This document shows positions 25,875-31,818 of a DNA stretch of 42,652 nt, in pieces (the first letter of the stretch is position 1; each line of letters begins with the position of its first letter). The notes under the pieces were generated by a model. The model did not search any database. It worked only from the letters and a program-made list of their open reading frames with translations, and was not told the DNA's origin. The stretch comes from Limisphaerales bacterium (GTDB lineage: Bacteria; Verrucomicrobiota; Verrucomicrobiia; Limisphaerales; JADJPG01). The translations under genes were made by a program, and so were the position numbers. Where the stretch lies: NCBI GenBank assembly GCA_039806925.1, contig JBDHQG010000001.1, positions 1-42,652 on the forward strand, read 5' to 3'.

Positions 25875-27644
25875 ATGAAACCAAACCTCGCCAACCTGGC
25901 CGTGGCTGCCGTCCTGGCCCTCGGCGGCATCTCCGGTGCCGCCGGACGGGAAATCGAAATCCGGCGCGCGACTGAAATCGAAATCGAAACCGAGCACGGC
26001 CGTTACTACCAGCTCCAGCGTTCCACCAATATGGTCGACTGGCAGAACGTCGACGACGCCATCTACGGTCACGGCGGAACAGAGCGGCGCCTGCGCTCGG
26101 CCCGTCCCGACGACAATCCGGGCCGCGAATATTTCCGCGTCGTGATCACGGACGCTCCGACGAACGGCTTCGCGCCCTGGTCGCTCGCGGGTATCACCAT
26201 GGAGTTCGACGACGAACCCGGTGGCGACGTGATGAAGTTCCTGCTCGCGACATCGGGCGTGGACGTTTCCGAAGCGGACTCGGATCCGTTCACCTACACC
26301 TACGCGCGCACCGGCGACAGCGAGGCAAAGGCCGATCTGGTTTACGCCTCGAACAAGATCGACCGGCTGACCTTCGCGTTCACCGGTCCCGGCGTGGGCA
26401 CCTGGTCGCGCGACGAATTTCGCGACGGCAGGCTGAAGGATCACGATGCCGGTCCGTTTCGCATCGTCGGCATTGCCGCTGCGCCGGGCATCAACGCCGC
26501 GGTGAACCCCAACGTCATCATCGCCCCGCCGGTGGCTCCGCCCGCGCCGCCGGCATCGCTGTCCAACCTGGTTTATTACTTCCAGTCCTCCGGCGTACCG
26601 GATCGCTACGATTTTCTGGATGATCGCAACGGGCGCGAAGTCCAGGGCGTGGTGCAGGAAGGTCTGCCGACCAACTCGCTGGTGTACGCCTACAACATCC
26701 TCAACGCGAACACGGCCTCGCTGGTGCTGAGCTTCGGCTACTACGGCATGGGCGGCGATCGCTACGAATGCGATCTGACGTTCACCGACGGCTCTCCCGG
26801 CCACTTCGTGCGCCGTCTCTATCGTCGCGGCGTGTTGAAAGACACCGACAGCGGCGCGTTCAGCCAGAACATGCAGCTCAACTCCGGCGGCGGCTACACG
26901 CCGCCCGCGGGCACGAACTCCCCGAGCCCCTGGCCCCCGGTGGTGACCCCCACCGCCCCGCCGGCTCCGCCCGCGTCGTTGAACGGCCTGACCTACTATG
27001 TCTACACCGCGCAGTATCCGGATCAGTATCGTTTCGTCGCCGGCCACTACGGCTATGCGATGCCTGGCGCGTCAGCGGATTCGGAACTGGAAGTGACCGA
27101 AGGCGGCAACGTTTACATGTATACCTACACGAACCACACCTCGAACACCGCCACGCTGGTCATCACCTACGGCTACTACAACCTCGGCGGCGACCGCGAG
27201 GAATACGACCTCACCTACGTGGACGGCTCCACGGCGACGTTCAACCGCCGCCTCTACCGCGGTGGCACGATTTACACGAACCAGGCCGGCATCTTCAGCA
27301 CGAACTCGGTCCTGCCCTACGCCTACAATCCCGGCGGCTCCACGAACAATCCGCCTGGCGACTACGACTTCGCCATGAGCACCGGCGAGTTTCTGAAATT
27401 CAACAACGCCACGGCGGGCGTGCAGACGGACGACAGCAACCCGACCGACTTCACCTACGTGCTGACCTCGACCGGCCCGGGCACCGCCACGCTCCGCGTC
27501 CAGTTCAAGGCCGACAAGTGGGACGAATACGATCTCACCTACGCCAGCGCGACAAGCGGCTCGTTCCTCCGGCGCCAGTATGATCGAAACGAGCTGAAGG
27601 ACACCGACACCGGCACCTTCACCGCCAAAGCCCCGGCCCAGTGA
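25875..27644 (+). CDS. Secreted protein: small N-terminal beta-sandwich-like module plus four ~110-130-aa repeats (unknown family)
   Basis: The ATG at 25875 gives the signal peptide MKPNLANLAVAAVLALGGISGAAG. The N-terminal module runs YYQLQRSTNMVDW...REYFRVV. The four repeats share F.Y.Y......TA.L.V.......DEYDLT(Y/F).....G.F.RR.Y..G.LKDTD.G.F. PPAPPAS linkers separate them. Confidence 0.82.
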   Translation: MKPNLANLAVAAVLALGGISGAAGREIEIRRATEIEIETEHGRYYQLQRSTNMVDWQNVDDAIYGHGGTERRLRSARPDDNPGREYFRVVITDAPTNGFAPWSLAGITMEFDDEPGGDVMKFLLATSGVDVSEADSDPFTYTYARTGDSEAKADLVYASNKIDRLTFAFTGPGVGTWSRDEFRDGRLKDHDAGPFRIVGIAAAPGINAAVNPNVIIAPPVAPPAPPASLSNLVYYFQSSGVPDRYDFLDDRNGREVQGVVQEGLPTNSLVYAYNILNANTASLVLSFGYYGMGGDRYECDLTFTDGSPGHFVRRLYRRGVLKDTDSGAFSQNMQLNSGGGYTPPAGTNSPSPWPPVVTPTAPPAPPASLNGLTYYVYTAQYPDQYRFVAGHYGYAMPGASADSELEVTEGGNVYMYTYTNHTSNTATLVITYGYYNLGGDREEYDLTYVDGSTATFNRRLYRGGTIYTNQAGIFSTNSVLPYAYNPGGSTNNPPGDYDFAMSTGEFLKFNNATAGVQTDDSNPTDFTYVLTSTGPGTATLRVQFKADKWDEYDLTYASATSGSFLRRQYDRNELKDTDTGTFTAKAPAQ

Positions 27645-27674
27645 TGACGACGCCGAATAACATCTGAACACCAC

Positions 27675-27710
27675 GAGTCCGCCGGACGCTCTGTCGCGTC
27701 CGGCGGACTC
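27675..27710 (+). terminator. Strong GC hairpin between the 4-repeat gene and the FecR-TPR-barrel gene (terminator/attenuator candidate, no U-tract)
   Basis: Perfect 14-bp stem gagtccgccggacg (27675-27688) with cgtccggcggactc (27697-27710). Confidence 0.5.
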
Positions 27711-27896
27711 CCGCACCAACACATGAACATGACCCGCCCTCCACAAACCCGGTCGCCGCAGTGCTTCGCGGCGGGGCGGCGGATTGTTCCCGTTTTTTGG
27801 AGTGAAGCTTCTTTCGGGGCGAGGATTGCCCGACGGCGGGGCGTCGCTCGAAAGTTCGAGGTTCAAACTCCTGCGCCCCTCTGGCACCGTCCTCCC

Positions 27897-30800
27897 GTGC
27901 GCCGGACCAGCCTCGCCATCCTGCTGTTGCTCTTGATCGGAATGGCTGCGCCCGCGCAATCCACCGACACGAACACTCCGGCCAGTCGCGTCGTGGAAGT
28001 CGCGGGCAACGTCGAGTTTCAGGTCTCCGGCCGCGCGGAATGGAGCGCCGCCACCAACGGCCTCGCGCTCAAGCCCGGCGACCGCCTCCGCACCCGCACG
28101 CAAAGCCGCGCTGCCGTCCAGTTCTCCGACCGCAGCGTGCTGCGTCTGAGCGAAAGCACGACGCTCGAGATTCAGCCGCCGCGGCACGCCGAGAAGCGCC
28201 GCTTCCGCCTTCCTTTCGGCTCCATCTTCTTCTTCAACCGCGAGCGTCCGGCCGATGTCGAGTTCGAGACGCCCGTGGTCAGCGGCGCGATTCGCGGCAC
28301 GGAATTTCTTCTCGAAGCCGCCGAGGCCAACGGCGCGACGCGGCTCGCGTTGCTCGATGGCGCGGTGGAATTGTCCGCCGCCGACGCCACTGTCTCCATG
28401 CACAGCGGCGAGCAGGCGCGCGTCGAGCCAGGTCAGGCACCAGTGAAAAGCCCGCTCCTCGAAGCCCGCAGCCTGATTCAATGGGCGCTCTATTATCCCG
28501 CCGTCGCGAATCCAGATGACCTCGCGCTCGCTCGTGACGATCTCCCTGCGCTGAACGAAGCGTTGAGCGCATATCGCTCCGGCGATCTGCTGAAGGCCCA
28601 CGATCTGTTGCGCGCCGTTCCGCCCGGCAACCCGGCGCGCGAATTGTTCCGCGCCGCCGTCGAACTGTCCGTTGGAGCAGTCGATAGCGCGGAGGCGCGT
28701 CTTGCCGGCGCTCCGGCGAACGCTTCGGTGGCGCGTGCCCTGCGGGAACTGATCGCCGTCGTGCGCGGCACGACGCTGACGAATGAATTGGCGGAGCCCG
28801 GCCCGTCGGCCAGCGAATGGCTCGCGCGTTCCTACACGCTGCAATCGCGATTCCAGCTCCACGCCGCGCGCGAGACTGCGGAGCGCGCCGTCGCTCTTGC
28901 GCCGAACTTCGGCTTCGCGCTGGCCCGGCTCGCCGAGTTGCAAATGATGCTCGAAGAACGCGCCGCTGCTGCCGCAACAGTCCGCGATGCGCTACGAGTG
29001 TCGCCGCGGCTTGCCTCTGCGCACGCTCTTCTCGGCTTCCTGCGCCTCGAAGAGAACGATCCAAAGTCAGCGCTACGTTCGTTCGACGACGCCATTGCCA
29101 TCGATGCCGCGCTCGGCAACGCCTGGCTCGGTCGCGGCCTCGCGTTGTTGCGCCTGGGCGAGCGGGATGAGGCGCTGCGCTCGTTCCAGACGGCGGCGGC
29201 CCTGGAACCGCGTCGCGCCGTGATGCGCGGATATCTGGCGAAGGCGTTCAGCGCGGCGGGCGAAACGAAACTGGCTGAGAAGGATCTGCGGCTCGCCAAG
29301 GAGCTCGATCCGGGCGATCCCACCGCGTGGCTCTATTCGGCGCTGCATCAATGGCAGCAAAACTACCCGAACGTCGCCGTCCGCGAACTCGAGCGTTCGA
29401 CCGAGCTGAACGACAACCGCCGGCTGTTCCGCTCGCGACTTGGCCTGGATCGCGACCGCTCCGTGCGCAGCGCGAATCTCGCCGCGGTGTATGCCGATGC
29501 TGGATTGCAGGAAGTCAGCCTGCGCTCCGCGGCCCGTGCGGTGAACGAGGACTACGCGAATTTCTCCAGCCACCTCTTCCTCGCGAACAGCTATCAGGCG
29601 CTGGAGAATCCGAACCGCTTCGACCTCCGCTACGAGAGCGCGCGCTTCAGCGAATTGCTCGTCGCAAACCTGCTCGCGCCCGCCGGCGCCGGAAATCTTT
29701 CGCAGCTGCTCTCGCAGCAGGAACACTTGCAGTTCTTTGATCCGCGTCCGGTCGGTGTCAGCACGTTCACGCAGTATCGCAGCTCGGGGGACTGGCAGCA
29801 GCTCGCGACGCTGTTCGGGTCGCTCGACGGATTCAGCTACGCGCTCGACACCGCGTATCACAACCAGCACGGGCAGGAGATCAACGACTGGAGCGAACGC
29901 CTCGACGTCTCGCTTCAGATGAAGCAGCACGTGAACGAGCGCGATGACCTCTACTTTCAGGCCAGCTTCAGCAACGGCGACGCAGGCGACGTCTCGCGGC
30001 ACTATGATCCGAACGAAGCGAGCCGGGTTCGTCGCGTGAGCGAGGAACAGGCGCCGAATCTCTTCGCGGGCTGGCATCGCGCGTGGTCGCCCGCGAATCA
30101 TACCCTTCTGCTCGTCTCGCGGCTGACGGATTCCTTCGAGCTGCGCGATGACGGCGTGGGCGTTTTCCATCTTCAGCCCGATGTGGCGAACGCGACGCGT
30201 ATCTCAACGCCAGCCGGCGGTTTCGGTGCGCGGCTGAACAGCGACTTCATGCTCTACTCCGCGGAGCTCCAGCAGATCTGGCAGAGTGAAGCGCACACGG
30301 TGGTCGCCGGCGGGCGCATTCAGTCGGGCGAAGTGGAATCTGACTCCGTCCTCACGCGCACGTTGACCGGCGTGATTTCTTCGGACCAAACCGACGAACC
30401 GCTTCGCCGCGCCAATGGTTATCTCTACTACCACTGGCAGACTCTCGAACCGCTCCAGCTCATCGGCGGCTTCAGCTACGACCATCTCACTTATCCGCGA
30501 AACTCCGACTTCCTGCCATTGGCCGCCGGAGATGAATCGACCGACCTGCTCGCGCCGAAGGCTGGTTTTGTTCTCGCACCCTGGCGTGGCGGCACCGTCC
30601 GCGGCGCCTATACGCGTTCGCTCGGCGGATTGTTCTTCGACAACAGCGTGCGTCTGGAGCCGACGCAGGTCGCGGGATTCAATCAGGCGTTTCGCAGTCT
30701 CATTCCGGAATCGAGCGCGGGTCTGCTGCCGGGCGCGACGTTCGACACGGCGAACCTCAGCTACGATCAGCGGGTTGGTTCGGGAACCTTCTTCGGTGTG

Positions 30801-31364
30801 GAAACCGAGTGGCTCCACTCGGACGGCGACCGGACGATCGGCGTGACCACGGGCGTATTGCCGACGCCGTTCGCGGGCGCGGTGAGCAGCACGCGGCAGA
30901 AGCTGGAGTTCCGCGAGCGCAACGTCTCGGCCTACGCCGCGCAGTTGCTGGGCGATGGCTTCTCAATCGGGGCGCGCTATCGACTGAGTGAGGCCCAGCT
31001 GGAAACACGTTTGCCGGAACTGCCGAACACGACAATCGATCTCGACCTCGCGGAGCAGAGCGAACGTTCGCTGCTGCATCAGGTCGCGCTGTCGTTGAAC
31101 TACCAGCACACGAGCGGCTTCTTCGGCCAATGGGAATCGGCGTGGTATTACCAGCACAACTCCGGCTACACGCCGGCGCGTCCGGGCGATGATTTCTTCC
31201 AGCACAACGTCTGGCTTGGCTACCGCTTCCCGCGCCGGCACGCGGAGATTCGCGCGGGCCTCTTGAATCTGGCGGACACGGATTACCGGTTGAACCCGCT
31301 CAATTCCTACAACGCCCTGCCGCGCGGCCGCACCGCCGTGGTGAGCCTGCGGTTGAATTTCTAG
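27897..31364 (+). CDS. Large envelope protein: signal peptide + FecR domain + TPR repeats + C-terminal outer-membrane beta-barrel-like domain
   Basis: The GTG at 27897 gives VRRTSLAILLLLLIGMAAPAQS. FecR-like block: AVQFSDRSVLRLSESTTLEI ... ETPVVSGAIRGTEFLL ... LALLDGAVEL. TPR-like block: ALRSFDDAIAIDAALGNAWLGRGLALLRLGERDEALRSFQTAAALEPR ... The last ~570 aa have alternating beta-strand patterns ending in VVSLRLNF (terminal Phe). ATG 27723 is the alternative, less likely start. Confidence 0.85.
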   Translation: MRRTSLAILLLLLIGMAAPAQSTDTNTPASRVVEVAGNVEFQVSGRAEWSAATNGLALKPGDRLRTRTQSRAAVQFSDRSVLRLSESTTLEIQPPRHAEKRRFRLPFGSIFFFNRERPADVEFETPVVSGAIRGTEFLLEAAEANGATRLALLDGAVELSAADATVSMHSGEQARVEPGQAPVKSPLLEARSLIQWALYYPAVANPDDLALARDDLPALNEALSAYRSGDLLKAHDLLRAVPPGNPARELFRAAVELSVGAVDSAEARLAGAPANASVARALRELIAVVRGTTLTNELAEPGPSASEWLARSYTLQSRFQLHAARETAERAVALAPNFGFALARLAELQMMLEERAAAAATVRDALRVSPRLASAHALLGFLRLEENDPKSALRSFDDAIAIDAALGNAWLGRGLALLRLGERDEALRSFQTAAALEPRRAVMRGYLAKAFSAAGETKLAEKDLRLAKELDPGDPTAWLYSALHQWQQNYPNVAVRELERSTELNDNRRLFRSRLGLDRDRSVRSANLAAVYADAGLQEVSLRSAARAVNEDYANFSSHLFLANSYQALENPNRFDLRYESARFSELLVANLLAPAGAGNLSQLLSQQEHLQFFDPRPVGVSTFTQYRSSGDWQQLATLFGSLDGFSYALDTAYHNQHGQEINDWSERLDVSLQMKQHVNERDDLYFQASFSNGDAGDVSRHYDPNEASRVRRVSEEQAPNLFAGWHRAWSPANHTLLLVSRLTDSFELRDDGVGVFHLQPDVANATRISTPAGGFGARLNSDFMLYSAELQQIWQSEAHTVVAGGRIQSGEVESDSVLTRTLTGVISSDQTDEPLRRANGYLYYHWQTLEPLQLIGGFSYDHLTYPRNSDFLPLAAGDESTDLLAPKAGFVLAPWRGGTVRGAYTRSLGGLFFDNSVRLEPTQVAGFNQAFRSLIPESSAGLLPGATFDTANLSYDQRVGSGTFFGVETEWLHSDGDRTIGVTTGVLPTPFAGAVSSTRQKLEFRERNVSAYAAQLLGDGFSIGARYRLSEAQLETRLPELPNTTIDLDLAEQSERSLLHQVALSLNYQHTSGFFGQWESAWYYQHNSGYTPARPGDDFFQHNVWLGYRFPRRHAEIRAGLLNLADTDYRLNPLNSYNALPRGRTAVVSLRLNF

Positions 31365-31381
31365 CCTGCCATTTCACAGGC

Positions 31382-31455
31382 TTCGTAGCCGCCGACGCGC
31401 GGAGGCGGATGGACTGGGCGGTAATGAAATTCCGCCTCCTCACGTCGGCGGCTAC
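31382..31455. repeat. Family-1 hairpin repeat, copy 3
   Basis: ttcgtagccgccgacgcgcggaggcgga ... tccgcctcctcacgtcggcggctac. It is flanked by the inverted pair atttcacagg (31371) / ccgtgaaat (31480s). Confidence 0.78.
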
Positions 31456-31504
31456 AAAGGGTCGCGAATTCATGCGGGCCGTGAAATATCCCAGTATAGG
31501 ACTA

Positions 31505-31616
31505 ATGCCGTTCAGGAATTCGAGCGCGTTCGTCCCGGAGGGACAGCGTGAGAATAGCCCGGCGTTTCAACGCCGGGAACGAAGCCGAAGGCCGAAAGTC
31601 CCGAAGGGACGGCTGA
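31505..31616 (-). repeat. Family-2 structured repeat, minus orientation
   Basis: Its reverse complement aligns block-by-block with 25244-25360 (GTCCCTTCGGGAC, CCCGGCGTTGAAACGCCGGGCTATT, GTCCCTCCGGGAC, CGAATTCC, GCAT). Confidence 0.8.
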
Positions 31617-31629
31617 AGGGGTTGAAGGT

Positions 31630-31742
31630 TCAGTCGTCCCTTTGGGACTCGACCCTGCTGGTTCGTCCACCCAGCGTTGAAACGCTGGGCTATTTTTCGA
31701 TTGTCCCTCCGGGACACGCTCCGCCGAATTCCCGAAAAGCAT
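31630..31742 (+). repeat. Family-2 structured repeat, plus orientation; with 31505-31616 it forms a ~238-bp imperfect palindrome
   Basis: It has the same blocks, and the middle hairpin reads CCCAGCG-TTGAAA-CGCTGGG. That is a G-to-A change paired with a C-to-T change relative to the other copies (compensatory). Confidence 0.8.
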
Positions 31743-31781
31743 TGGAGCCAAGGCCCGCTCCACGCCCAGTTCAGACTCGTC

Positions 31782-31797
31782 CGGCGGGGAATCTGCT
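31782..31797 (+). promoter_or_regulatory. Weak sigma-54-like element upstream of the CHASE2 kinase gene
   Basis: cGGCGGggaatCTGCT has correct spacing and the CTGCT -12 box. The -24 box is poor, no GTTCC-N6-GGAAC site lies upstream, and it is only ~20 nt from the start codon. Confidence 0.2.
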
Positions 31798-31818
31798 GAT
31801 ATCGTGCTGACGAACCGA

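Noticed and set aside
27882-27897. TGGCAC hexamer just upstream of the FecR-TPR-barrel start as a fourth sigma-54 promoter
   Set aside because: There is no GC at the -12 position (TGGCACcgtccTCCCg). It is only ~10 nt from the GTG start, and no GTTCC-N6-GGAAC site is nearby.
25812-28943. Minus-strand ORFs of 411 aa (25812..27047) and 623 aa (27072..28943)
   Set aside because: They are antisense to the 4-repeat protein and FecR-TPR-barrel genes. They have no motifs and an arginine-rich composition.
25875-31364. Slam-type (TPR + barrel) translocon with an adjacent surface-lipoprotein substrate
   Set aside because: The neighbouring secreted proteins have AXA-type signal peptides without a lipobox cysteine, and I could not recognise a DUF560-type barrel by eye. 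It is kept only as a remote analogy in the findings.
23283-31742. Possibility that the recurring hairpin repeats form a CRISPR array
   Set aside because: The copies are kilobases apart, occur in both orientations, are imperfect and are not separated by uniform short spacers. No cas genes are present.
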